Shown here: positions 22,908-35,596 of the stretch, in pieces
How the letters are laid out: each line of letters starts with the position of its first letter
How positions within the stretch are numbered: the first letter of the stretch is position 1
Assembly (NCBI GenBank): GCA_030704615.1
Contig: CM060733.1
Span: forward strand, 10,664,001-10,728,000
DNA: 64,000 nucleotides
Reading direction: 5' to 3'
Source of the DNA: Takakia lepidozioides
Lineage: Eukaryota > Plantae > Bryophyta
Notes under the pieces: generated by a model
What the model was told of the DNA's origin: nothing
Databases searched by the model: none
The model's input: only the letters and a program-made list of their open reading frames with translations
Position numbers and translations under genes: made by a program

Positions 22908-23555
22908 TTAATATATTTCTACAACTTATATCTCATTATGCGTGCAAATGCTAATATATATATATACATATATTGGTTAACAGGGTAGAATTTATATCTC
23001 ATATTATATATATGAATATATATTTCATATGTTATATTACTTAATGGCAAGTACAATAATTTTTGTATGGCATACCTCTATCAGTTTTCAAATCTTGCAA
23101 CATATTGAATATGTGTTCTCTCTCGTTAGTATTATACATATGAATGGGTAATATATTTTATTAAATAATTTATTATACATATGAATGATAATGTATTTTC
23201 TATATCTTATATTATATCATGGAAAAATATAATAATCTTTGTGAGTCATATCTGTATTAGTTTTCATATTTATGTATGAATAAGTGGGTGTTTTTGTTTT
23301 TTTTTCAAGAAAAAGGGAAGGTGTCTCCTGTTACTGCCTGTGCAGTTGAGCACATACATTTTTGACCATGTATCCCAAAAGACAAATGAAAGGCCAATAT
23401 TCCAAGAAAAAACCCAATTTTCTATTTTTCATGAATTTCCCACCACACAAAATATTTGAAATTTTACAGTTCCCACACCGTAGGTCCAAAAATTATGAAA
23501 CCACCTTAATGCGCCCCTACTCCAAGTTACCTATTTAAAAACAAAGGAAAACCGC

Positions 23556-23625
23556 ACATCGGCTGGTAGCTCGGCGCACAATGTGACGCCTTGGTGGTTC
23601 GGGGTTCAAACCCGCTGCCTTGCCC
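23556..23625 (+). mobile_element. tRNA-derived SINE-like head (degenerate)
   Basis: A-box-like TAGCTCGG and B-box GGTTCAAACCC (23603-23613). Downstream sequence resembles the copy at about 29242-29280. Confidence 0.4.
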
Positions 23626-24267
23626 CGTGTGTGGATTGTTCGTGGCGTTCTGTCTGGATGTCTCTCCATGGCCCATAAATGAAAGGGGGTTGTTTTTCCC
23701 CCTCCTTAAGGGCCTCAATTGTGGGCTGTCGCTGCCAGGTTTCCTTTCTTCTTCTTTTTTGGTTAGAAAAACAAGATTATTATTATAAGTAAATAAAGGT
23801 CAGGCCCTTTAAATCATACTAATGAAGGAAGGTGCCTTTGGAGAAAATAACCAAGGCCGGAGACCATGGTGCTTTAGCTATTCTAGACAATCTTTCTTTG
23901 TTTCTAAAAGCTTCTTCATTATTTTGCCACTTCATCCACCTACTCAAGTAATTATAAGCAGATTTCAAAATCCAAAGGTATTGAGACATGACTTAGATAT
24001 TACTATTTTTTTAATTTTTCAGGAAGAAATATAAGCTATAATAAATATATCGACCGAATATATATATAATGAGAGACATCCATCTATTCAAGTAATCCTA
24101 AAATCCAAAAGGTATTAGAAATATTTAGACCTTGATAGATTAGTTTTATTCATTAGGAAGTAATGTTATTCCTAAGAAAATATTACTAACATAACATTTT
24201 CAAGTTTTAAAATCCAGAAAATATTAGAGATATGACCTAATAGATCATCTTAATTTCTTATGAAGTA

Positions 24268-25030
24268 CGGTAGCCTCGGTTGGGCAGAAATTTGCCCAAT
24301 AATTATTATTTGTTTCTTTGAATGGTTGGGCAATATCACATTAATATATCTTATTTGGGCAATCCAATTATGAAGTTTACAATAATTTAGACAGGTCATG
24401 AGCCAAATATGTATTAATTGGGCAAAGAGTCACCGAGCAATGAATTATCAAACCTACCAACTAGTCTTAAATAATTTATCTGATATGAAATAAATTAGGC
24501 AGCACTGATCCAGCTATTCTGAGGTGATAACCGGTATCGGTACATTATTTGACACAAGGCGCACGCGGATCAAGCTGCAACATTGATCCACTTGTTTGCT
24601 CGGTGTAGATTGAAACGCAAACAAGTTACTTTGAGATAGAGGAGAACTGAGTAGAGCAGCTTTAGCATTGAGAGGGCAAGGCTGCAAGCAAAGACCAGAG
24701 TGTATACATGGAAGTTTGATGGCAAAACTAAGTGATTTTTCCACTCTAGAAAGTATTGTGGTGTTGACTTTGGAAAAGCTTGCAAGGGATTTTGATACGA
24801 GGTTTGTAGAACCTTATCTAAGCACAGGAAGCACATGAATCAAGATAATTTCAAAACATATTTAATCATAATTTTCAACATTCGGGCATTTTTTTGATGA
24901 AAATTTATAAAATTTCAGCATTTGTTTTCAATAATTTTTCATGATTGGACTATTAAGTTCTGGATTTTATGTTTTTTTGGAAAATTTATTAAAATAATTA
25001 TTTTCTGCCCAATCGTATAAGAGGCTACGG
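24268..25030. mobile_element. Tc1/mariner (pogo-like) non-autonomous element, 763 bp
   Basis: TA on both flanks. Imperfect TIRs CGGTAGCCTC..TTGGGCAGAAA and TTTCTGCCCAA..GAGGCTACGG. Confidence 0.7.
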
Positions 25031-25199
25031 TAGTATAAGTTATAGACACATATTAACATATAATTACTTTAATATAAAATATTCTGATATACAAGATAGA
25101 CTATTTGATATTCCCGCGAATAAATTTCAACTAACCTTACTAAAACTCTTGAAGGCCATCCTCCTCTTTCCCAAAAACAAAAAAAAAGCAGCACAACAG

Positions 25200-25345
25200 G
25201 GCTGTGGCCCGGCAGTAAGACATCCTGTGCATTGCCCTGTGCATCTAGGGTTCAAACCCCTGTGTGCTCTCTCTCCGCTTTCGGCGAGGGCGAGTGACGA
25301 AGGCACGCCGGAGCAGCCCAGCCCCTGCCGGGTCCGGCGTTAAAG
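25200..25345 (+). mobile_element. tRNA-derived SINE-like element (degenerate)
   Basis: A-box-like TGGCCCGGCAGTAAG and B-box GGTTCAAACCC (25249-25259) followed by a GC-rich body. Confidence 0.4.
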
Positions 25346-28300
25346 GCGCCTGTAATCAGATTAGCAGTGCTCTTTAGGGCTTCGCCAGCAAAACGCATGT
25401 TTTCTTTGCTGGCCAATTTTCGCCAAATTTCGACCTCAGAAAATTAAATGGAATATTCTTTCTCAAATTCCCTGTTTCTTCATGGATGAAATCTGCAAAT
25501 TTCTTCCAATGAAAAATAAATTATGGATGATATAAATGGATTTAAGCACGAAAATGGATGATTCTGTCCTTATTTCAATGGATGAACATAATGTATGGCT
25601 GTTTTTTGCCAAACTCTGTAGCCACTTATTCCTTTTTCCAAATTCCATATAAAAACACTGCGGGCCCTGTGAATGAGAGACTCGTTGATGTAATCCGAAG
25701 CGAGCAGGATATTAACGAGGACACCACGCATGCGTAGCATCGGGCTTTGAAACCGGGAATGTGGGGAATGATTTGAGAAAAGCGGAATGGCCAGCTCGGC
25801 ATGCGCTTCAAATCTGCGATTCCCGTGCCCACATTGGCGACGCAGAGCGGAGTCGGGGAATCCCTGTCTCGTGCACATTCTGATGGAGGCAGACGAGAAG
25901 GAGGGGATGGAGGAGGGGCCATGTGCGCAGGCGTAATGGCGCTGACTCTCGGGTCCATGGGATGCTTGTTGGGATGCAGTGTGAAGGGAGAGCGGGAGGA
26001 TCGAATCGGATAGTATCGTGAATTATTTGTGACGACGGCTCGCTTTCCTGCTACGCTGCACGACGCTGCTGCTCTTTACGAGCAGCCCTTTCCACGGCTG
26101 CCGTGCCTTGCTTCCCCGTACTCGTCTTCAATGCTGAACTCCCTTTCCACCAGGCTGCCCACCTCCCATTCCCTGTACTGTAGAATCATCCACTAGCTCC
26201 ATGTTTTCACACTTGCTTGCTTTCTCACAGCTCCGGCTCTACATTCCGTGGACCGAATATTGTACGCCATGTCTGACGTAGGATGAGGGGATGCTTGGTG
26301 GGCGTAGTATGGCAGAGCAGGAAAATGACACACGCAAGGCCATGGCAGGTTGAATTGAAGGGGATTTGTTTGGTAGCTGTTAAGGGCATTTGTCATGCTC
26401 AGACTCTACCCCACCACCGCCTGCTGCGCTTCACTTTTGGCTGGCACTGGAGCCGACCCGGTAAACGGTTGTCGGCGCACATGTGTGTATCCTGTAGACT
26501 CTAGAGCTTTGAGCTCTAGAGGCTAGCTAGGCTCATGGGCTGGCTTCCTATTCCTATCCTCATCTCCTTCTCTGCTGGATCTAATAAGTGTGCTTCTGCT
26601 AAGTATACTATGCATCCCTCCGCCCCCCCCCCGCCCACATTGAATTGAACTCATATCAGCGAGCCTGAGTCTTGTGGGTGGTAAGCAAACGGTTATGGAC
26701 GTACACATCAATGATTGAGGAACCAGTTCCGGACGTTATTGGAGGGCAGGCTGTCTCGCTGAAGCAGAATAGCTACAGGGGTATACATAGTAGACCACCT
26801 TGGTTCCCCTGCAATGTACAACGCCAAGAGTAGGTATGTCAGTAAATGAGAAGTTACTGATTGTGGTGGATTTCAAGTAGAGAATAATTGTCTTAAAGTC
26901 TGTCTACTGCGGCATCATGTGAGAGAAGGGGTTGCTTCCACATGATGTGCTACTTATGAGTGGATAGCTCGTCAAGCAAGGATTTTGCATCCTACCGGAG
27001 GTCTCCTAGTTTTTTAGAAAACAGAAACAGATTGGGAGGCGCAGTAATAGCTCGATGATAGAGAAGCGGAAAACACCTATGTAAGTAGTGGACCATGCGA
27101 AATCTCTTTCTTGCCTCGTTTGTGATGTACCTTGTCTGGACTTTGAGGCTACAGTAAATGCAATCTGTAAGCAAAGTGAATGCCGCCGTGTCCGTTGTAC
27201 CGTGGAGATCATCTTATCTACACACCTAACAAGACACGGAGACAAAGTGTACCTCATGATTTCTTGTAAAGTATGAAAATGGTAAGTCGGTGTTCCAAAG
27301 AAGACGTAGAAAGTTGGACACCAGGCTAGGGATATATCTCAACAAACGACCATGCATCATTGTCTGCAATCACATCTGAGAGAGGTGTGGTGTAGACTGT
27401 AGACGTGCGGAACATGAACACCGTGTCTCCTCCCTTCCATTCTTGATCATTTTCAACTTTCTTCCCATAAATTTTGTACCTTTGTGCTCAAACTTATGGA
27501 AGAGAAAGTGCGATTTGATCATTGATTAAGCCACCCACGTAAGCGAGTTTGAGTTCTGACTGGTTTGCCAAGTCCTCTTGCATGCGGCGGCGGTCACCTT
27601 TCAACTTAATTCAAAATTACAAATCACGACTTCACCTGTGCTTAATAAATCCCACTTGACTTTCCGATTACTACATGTGCATGTGTCCGATCGAGTAATA
27701 AGTCCGTCCTTCTCATCAGATGGAGTATGTCCATTTCTCCATCTCACAATTTTTACACAAGCTAGACATACTTATACAGATCAGCAAAGAACAATCAGGC
27801 AGACTAGACTGACGCAGGGGCTCTCCCCGGGGCCATGAACACCAGACAATGAATTGATGCACATCTTGTCCTAAAGTGCCTTTACTCCATAAGTTTCCCT
27901 GCAAATGTCAGAACTTTGTCTTAAGCCCTGCTCTCATTACAGGTTCTGCCTAATGCAGCAGTAGTCATCTAATGCAGAAGTTCTGACTAATGCCTGCCTA
28001 ATGCATTAGTCAGGGATTAAGATCTGTACAGGGAAACTGATGGGCGTCTAGCATTCAACAGGCCGAGGTCCAGAAGTTCAAATCATCACCACACAGCCAA
28101 CATAACACCTCCGATCAATCCCCCTTCTCATGATGCACCCCTCTATTAAACCCGGGTAATCATTCCATGCTCTCTAATAACTTTGCAGTACTCGGAGATT
28201 AACAGCTGGACAGCAGCTTCGAACTCTTGTGCATGATCCGGAATCCACCCGTGAATGATAGGGGGCGGCCATTGAGACCGATAATAAACATAGAGGACGA

Positions 28301-30277
28301 CGATGGCAGCCTGCAGGGCAGGTACCGTGGCAGGGAGATGAAGGGGAGGAGAGCGAGAGCCGTGGCCCCGCCAGCGCCGTGTGTTGGAGAGCACGGCCGC
28401 GCTCATCAAGACGACGCCCATCGCGCACATGGAACCGCCCTGTCTGTCTCCGCCGTCGTCGCTCCGTCCGTCCGTCCCTTCGTCCGTCCAGCGCTGTGAC
28501 CGCTGCGTTTTGCGTCGGTGGCCCTACCGATGGATGAATGCCGGGATGTACCGATGTGATAGTTTTCGCGTTTACGTAATGGTGCCGATAGGGCGGACAC
28601 TCGACGACCGGACCGGCGTACTTTAGCGTCCTTTCGGTGACTGGAGACGCGCTAGAGCCTTGTCGCCAACGCTGCCGCGACATACCATAACCTAGTCACC
28701 CACATGCCATAAGCTTAATACTTATCCGGCCGGAACACCCAAGCGCCTCGCCCGTTACACTACTACATCGCACCTTTTCTAGTAGAGTGCAACCATTTTT
28801 CCGCAACCATCCCCATCACTGCGATCCGCAATCCGACCATGGACACCACCACCGCTAGTATTATTGAGCTCCAAACTTGTAAAGGGCCCCAACCCCTGGC
28901 AGGGTGGAGTAGCCGCAAGCCGAAGTGTCTCTTAGTTAGGCCGGTTTTGACTCGAGTCTTCTTTATCTTGAAAGCCTTCCATTGTCGCTCATGGTTTGGG
29001 CATGATGGCCGGAAGCAATCTTTTGGAAGTCTCTCGACATTCTCCGATCCGATCTCCGCAAATTTGAGGTCACTATCGTCCTGATGGCTGATGAGACACT
29101 TCCAGATACCCAAGTGATTCCTCCCGGCTATCTTTCATCACTCGGTATTATTATTATTATTATTATTTGAGAAAAGCTTGGCTGTGCCAGCATTTTGTAA
29201 CTTGACAAGTCGAAAGAGCACTAAGAGCCGGCCCACTTGGGTGTTCCGGGTTCAAATCTTGCTACCTTGTCGGTGTGATATGATTGAGGTTATTTTCTCC
29301 TCTTACGATAATTAAGAGGCATGATTTGTCTCGATATTATCATTTTCATGAAAAGGTTCTGAGATGAATGTCTGACGATCTGTTGATTGAAATCATTGAT
29401 GGTTTCATCCACGTAGCTCTGAAGGGCAAAGGTACTTTACGCCGACCTACATTACCAACCGATTCTGGCGCTTCATCAGCTGTGTACTGGATGAGATGTA
29501 TCATCCATCCATATGGGAGCGGCAAAGAAGGCGGCAGCAAGGCGGTCTCGGGGGCGGGACGGGTCGGCCTTTCGAGGAGCCTTTATTACTGCTCTGCCGC
29601 ATGCATGCACGACAGCGGGCCCAGCCTGCATGTTTCCTCATTATTTCCGCTCTTTGTGCAGCCTTCCCGAGTTTGATCCCCCCACCACGCCACTCCAACT
29701 TACACCTCTCATGATGGTTCCCAGGATGGATGATGATTCGCAAGCGGGTTCGCTGTCCAACTCTCAAATCAGATCGAATTTGCAGTTGGCGGTTCCACAA
29801 GATTCACACGCTCTCATCCATCCGCCCCTACCGATTACGGGTGGAATCCGCCAAAACAATTCCAGGCTTCCACGGTATTATGACGGATGGAAATGCGTGA
29901 CAGCTTTCATCCTGACACTGGCGCGCCTGCAGACAAAACCAAAAATAGAGCGCCCACATGTGGGTCGCTGGACGGATGATGTCATCCACGGCGGACGGAT
30001 GTCAGAGGCGCGCAGGATGTAAAGGCGTCACGGCCGCGATAATGGAACCCAGGCCTGCCAGGAATGCACGCATGGCCATGGCAGGCCATGGCCCCCCATG
30101 GCATGGGCATAGTAGGCATGGAGCGGGCACCGGTCGGCCCACCCGCGACACGCGTGGGGAAGGGAGTCCAGTCCCGCGTCATCTTGCGTCATCCCCCTCG
30201 AGGTCAACCAGCGGCTGCCCGCCCCGTGGCCGGGTGATGATTGCGGCGCAGGACATGCGCATGGAGCATGTGCCGCG

Positions 30278-30540
30278 CACACGTGGCAGTAAACGGCCGC
30301 AGCGCAGGCCCACACCGAGGGCGCCGCTGCCCCCGCTTTGGGCTCTCCCGTGTTTTGCGCTGGCCTGCCGCTTTGCCCCCCGCCCACGCGCACTGCGCGC
30401 GCTGACTTACGCGCCCCCTTCTTCTCTCTCGCCTTCTCACTCCTCGTCTACACATAAGCCACCCCGCTCCGCACCCCTCTTGTGTGTGCGCGCGACTGAG
30501 AGCGAGAGAGAGAGAGAGAGATCTCGAGAGAGAGGGAGTG
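30278..30540 (+). promoter_or_regulatory. Putative MYB promoter/5' leader: G-box/ABRE and GA repeat
   Basis: CACGTGGC at 30280-30287 in a CpG-rich island, a pyrimidine patch at about 30415-30445, and a (GA)n tract at about 30498-30537. Confidence 0.45.
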
Positions 30541-31160
30541 TGAGAGTGCTGAGTATACAATCTTCGAAGAGAATTTTTCGGGGGGCCGGGATTTGGTGGA
30601 GCTTTGGATTCTTTGCGGGTTGGGGGTCGTGGAGTGCGCAGCGATTGAGGGTGGCGCGTAAGGAGGAGGGATGGTGGGAGGGATGACAGCGCGCAAACTG
30701 GGCTGAAGTCGTCTTTTGCTTGTTCGTGCTGCGGGGATGGCTGTCCTTGCGGGGTCTTGGGTATGGAGCATGACGTGGTAGCTGAGCCGTAGACAGGGAG
30801 TGGATCGTGGCATTGTGGAGGTGAAATTTTGTACGGAGTCTATGGTTGTAAACGACTGGCGCCCGTGGTGTTATACACGGAGCTAGGCGGATGCGTGCAT
30901 GTGTCTGAAGATAAGATGGTTTTTGAGATGCATTGCAGCTGATGTGTTTGAAGAAAGGGACTGTCCTGGCAGCGAGTAGTAGCTTGGTCGCCCCTTGGTT
31001 GCCCCTTGGTCGAGTTCGCAATCTGAGTAGAGAGTAATATGACAACGGTCTGGAAGTATTTGGAAATCTCGCGGTGTGAGAACAGTCTTGGTATCGTGGA
31101 AAGGAGACGAAGTGGGAGCAAGAGCGAGATTGTTCGTAAGGCAGACTGCTCGTCATTATA

Positions 31161-33714
31161 ATGGGACGCCATTCATGTTGTCACAAGCAGAAGCTGAAGA
31201 AAGGGTTGTGGTCGCCTGAAGAAGATGAGAAACTGGTGCGGTACATAACCAAGCATGGCCACGGGTGTTGGAGCGCTGTTCCCAAGCAAGCTGGTAAGAA
31301 GCGTTTGTGCTGGGGATCCTTGTTGTAGAGAGCTCGTTCTTGTTTCTGTGAATGAGGTTCATTAACGTGAGCTGGCGGACACGCTCGAGCTCCAGCGGCT
31401 AAGGTGCTCAAGCTATGTCTCGACGATGGGCCACTTCAGGCGCAGTTTGCATGACCTGTATACAGATTAGACTGAACCATTTAGTGCATTCTAGCACCGT
31501 GCATGCTGCGTGCTGAGCATTTGCTCAGATGGTCTGTGTCAGGCGTGTGCATATATGCATGCAGTTGAGTTTCATAAAAATAACTTACTGAAGGTGGGGA
31601 ATGTGTGCGTACACAGGGCTGCAGCGGTGTGGCAAGAGCTGTAGACTGAGGTGGATCAACTACCTGAGACCGGATTTAAAGCGTGGTGTCTTCTCGTCTG
31701 CCGAAGAGAAACTGATCATTGATCTACATGCTGTTCTTGGTAACAGGTCTACTAAATCTTCACCTTCATGTTCGTGGTGTCCGATCTTTCGTTGAAATAT
31801 ATCTCTTACAGCTCTCCTGATTTCATGTTTATATATATGCACATGTATACCTTGGAAATGTCGTTGACCAACTCCAAGAATGAACTAACACTGAGTTGCA
31901 TTGTTCGTGCGTAATTATGCTTGCAACGCAATGTTCGGTACTAGATTCGTGAAAGGAGTGTAAAGAAACGCCCAGTTTGATTCCTGAGGCACCAGTTTTC
32001 CAATGTCTGCTGAGACACTTGCAGAAACCGACCACGATTTCGTGGACTGAACGTTGGTTTGCAGTGATGCATGAAGCCTTAATATACATTAGTATCGCTC
32101 GATCATGCATTGTACAATTTGCAGCGTACGTTAATGTAGCTAGAGCTAGCCTTCCGACGTTCACTTGAGAGCTATCCTGAGAAGATTCCCAGCATGGGCG
32201 CCGATGCAGAATTCATAACAGCTGCCCAGGCGCTTGGAAATGTTCTAAATTTGCAACATTTGTTCAATCTAGAACATGTACGATCAGACACACACTGAGA
32301 CTGATTTACATTCCTTTGGTGCTGCAGATGGTCGCAGATTGCCACCCAGCTTCCAGGTCGAACAGACAATGAGATTAAGAATTTCTGGAACTCGTGCATA
32401 AAGAAAAAGTTGCGGCAGATTGGCATCGATCCCAATACACACAAACTGGTGAACTCTGAGAATGTGCCAGACATTGCTGCGCACCCATACAACAAGGACG
32501 CTGTCTCAGGTGTGACTACCCTGCCGACCAGTGGTCTTGGCAGGTACACCAGCGATTTCAAACCAGCCACTCCCCGAATGTTCCCCTACTTAATGGAGGA
32601 TATGGTCCTTCCATCCAGGGCTGGGCAACCCAGTATCGAGAGGAAGTTTGCAGATTTCAGAAGTTCCAGACCTGGCAGTCTTACGTCAGGTATGAGCAAC
32701 TTCCAGCTTCCTACGGGTCCAATCTCTACAGATAACCTACTTGACAGGCTTAAGCATTCAGGAATGCAACTGCCACCGAAGGTTCCTGCCGCCTCACCTA
32801 CTGATGCGTCCTTCCAATCGACCATCAAAACCAGCTTATTCAATCAAGATTCAGTGTTTCAAGCGATGAAGGCAGAACACCAAAGTCCAACAACAATGGT
32901 GCCGGCTGCATTCAATCCTGTCTTCTGGTTACTTCAAGGGTCGACTCCGACAGCAAACATTAGGCCTAATTCTCCGATTTGGGGGGGCGCAGCAAGTGGA
33001 CTGGAAGAGTTGTTGCCAAAGCATCTGCTCCCAAAGAGCTGCAGTGGTACTCCAGCTCAAAGTTCACTAGAAGTAGACATGAAGCTGGCCCAATTTGCCT
33101 CCGCGACGTCAACAATGTCTCCTTTCCATCTGGACTATACCAACCCTGGCGATCTCAGCTCCATCACTGCCAGTGTCACCCACGCAGGCACTGGAATACC
33201 GGGCCACCAGCTGCCACGTCAAGTTGCTGCACCCATTCTCCCCAGTACTACTACCGTGGAAGCGCCATGTATGCAAGACAACACCGTGAGCTGTAGTAGT
33301 CTTGGCAGACATCCATATCAGTGGGATAGTAGCGCGAGTAGCAGTACCAGCAACAACACCGAGAGCAATCACGGCACTGCTTTGTTTGAAAGCAATCTTC
33401 TGTGGGCCAGCTATGCAGAAAAACCCCAAGAGGTTGTTTCAGACGTGATGTCTGGTGACAGTGATCACAGCGCAAGCTTTTCACCAGACTCCGACACCGA
33501 CACAGTCATGAAATGGTGCGATCTACTGCCAGAGCCATGCTCTAATTCTGGCACAGCTGAGCAACCAGCTGTAGCCGCATCCACTGCTCCTCCGGCGCCC
33601 ATGAATTGGCAGATGCATCAAGCTGGGCCTGATCTCTATGACCCACGTGAAGGTCCTGTTGCCCCAATGTCCCCAGAATTGCAAAGGATGGCGGCTGTTC
33701 TCGATCAGATTTGA
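31161..33714 (+). CDS. R2R3-MYB transcription factor, subgroup-13-like (AtMYB61/55/50/86 type), 3 exons, about 549 aa
   Basis: Exons 31161-31293 (133 nt), 31617-31746 (130 nt) and 32328-33714, all GT-AG. Reads [25 protein letters not shown]...[24 protein letters not shown]...[40 protein letters not shown]. Confidence 0.96.
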
Positions 33715-35596
33715 CGGTTTACTGAAGGGATACAAGTCTAAAACGATTGCTCAAAGAGTCAGAAGAGTACTTAAGCTCAAATGCTGCGCATCCCTGACGT
33801 GCTCATTGTCGGCAATGTTCAGCAGTCAACGGTTTCCAACAACATTCACGACAGCGCCTGCGGGGCCTTGCATTTCATACTTCAATAGCTCGCTCTTTTT
33901 GCAGCATAGGGTAGTAGCTAGCCTGATTCATTCGACACCCCCCCACAGATTATATAGTTCTTTAGATTGAACGATGTACATTCATGCGCATTGTATGCTT
34001 TGCTGCATCGAGAATTTAGGATATATGTGAGCCAATGACCACCTTTAGAGAGTAAGTAGCGTACCATGTGTGCTGGTGCACAGGTCAAGGTTAAGATCAT
34101 TCACGACCTCGGTGGTGGATTTGCTTAAAAAGATTATAATTAGCTCATTGTCGAATTCCAAGTGTATAAAATAGGGTTCTCTACAGGGGCCATGTTTAGA
34201 TTCCATATTCAAAGAGACGAATTGTACATATACGTACTTAGGTAAGCAGCTGCGCCGCAGCTTAATCTTAAGTTCTAACTGTACGTACCTCATTCAGTAA
34301 ACTTTACTTGTATTGCTGTCATCATGCTGTACTTAACTTGATTCTCTTCCACAAGTTGCTGTGTTTGCTCACATTGGTGCAGTTTCTGCTTGTTCAAATG
34401 TCAAATGTATGCATGGGGTGTACAGATTCTGGTCCAACTATTCCATTAAGTCTCAGGCGATCAGGGAAAAGGCATTCAGTAGCTGCCAGAACTCAAAAGT
34501 ATCAGACCGGATATTGTCATGTGTTGCAGTCTGTCTGTAGGTAATGAGAGATCAGAGCAACACGAGTTCGCAGAGAGCCTTAAATAAACTGCAAGCTTAC
34601 TTTGGGTACTCGTATTCGGGACAGGCTTCAAGAGCATCACCAAGTCACACGCTGTACTGAAGAAGTAATGATATTCATGCAGCTCTACTACAGTTTGATC
34701 AAGGTGAAATTAGCTCTCGAGGCATAAATCATCGGTAACAACTGCTTGCACTGCACGGGCAGTCGAAATATAATCACAATTTAACGTATACATGTGTAAA
34801 GCAGCTCAGCATCTCCAGACTTGTAAATCAGCTCGACCAATTTTAATTGGAGCTACTCGCTGCCCACCGACATAAACCTCAAGATATACAGATCCCTCAG
34901 TTCAGTTTGGCACATTTCCCTCTCTTGAGTGTCTTGCGCCTTCGTTGTAGTGTGAGTATAGTGAGTATCATCAGTGAGTATCACCAGTTTTCTGATGTCA
35001 CAGTCTTCACTCGCACCTGCAGCGATCCAGCTGCTAAAACGCTGGGGGCATGCATCCCCCTTCGGCACTAGTTACACCAGACTCCTCCTCTAGAACATGT
35101 TGAATTAACGGCCTGGATTTGCTAGAGCTCTTTGTGGCGGATGTCAATGAACATTGTCATTCCCGAAAAGACTCATACAAGAGAAATCAGATGAAGCACA
35201 CTAAGCACGCTCTGAGAAGCCTGGTGGGGCCCTAAGCACTTCTTTCTTTGCTTCGTGAAAACTAATTGTGAACTTGGCCCTACCTGTATCTCTGTTGGGA
35301 TAGTCAGTTATTTGCCTCATTTGTTTCACGGGGTTGTCTTTCCTGGACCCACATGTACATTGCGAGAAGGTACCCCATTACTTCATCCTCTCTTGGCATC
35401 ATAGAACCGAGGCTCTTGCTCATGCGAGCAATTGAGAGTAAGTATGAAAGATCTGGCTCTCATAAGATGCGTGTATAACATGTGATTCGTTACTTGCTGT
35501 CATCAAATCATATAAGCTTGGGCCAAAGTGTAAACAAAAATTGGGCGATGCCCATTTGAGAAGAAGGGTGCGAAGGTGGGCGCTTTCCTCGGGGTA

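Noticed and set aside
25365-25660. hAT-like MITE (CAGTGCTCTTT...AAAAACACTG)
   Set aside because: The TIR match is short and imperfect, and the 8-bp flanks (CAGATTAG vs CGGGCCCT) do not form a TSD.
29513-31156. Long GC-rich ORFs (169-242 aa) upstream of the MYB gene
   Set aside because: Low-complexity translations crossing the GA repeat with no recognisable domain. Expected by chance in a GC-rich promoter/5' UTR.
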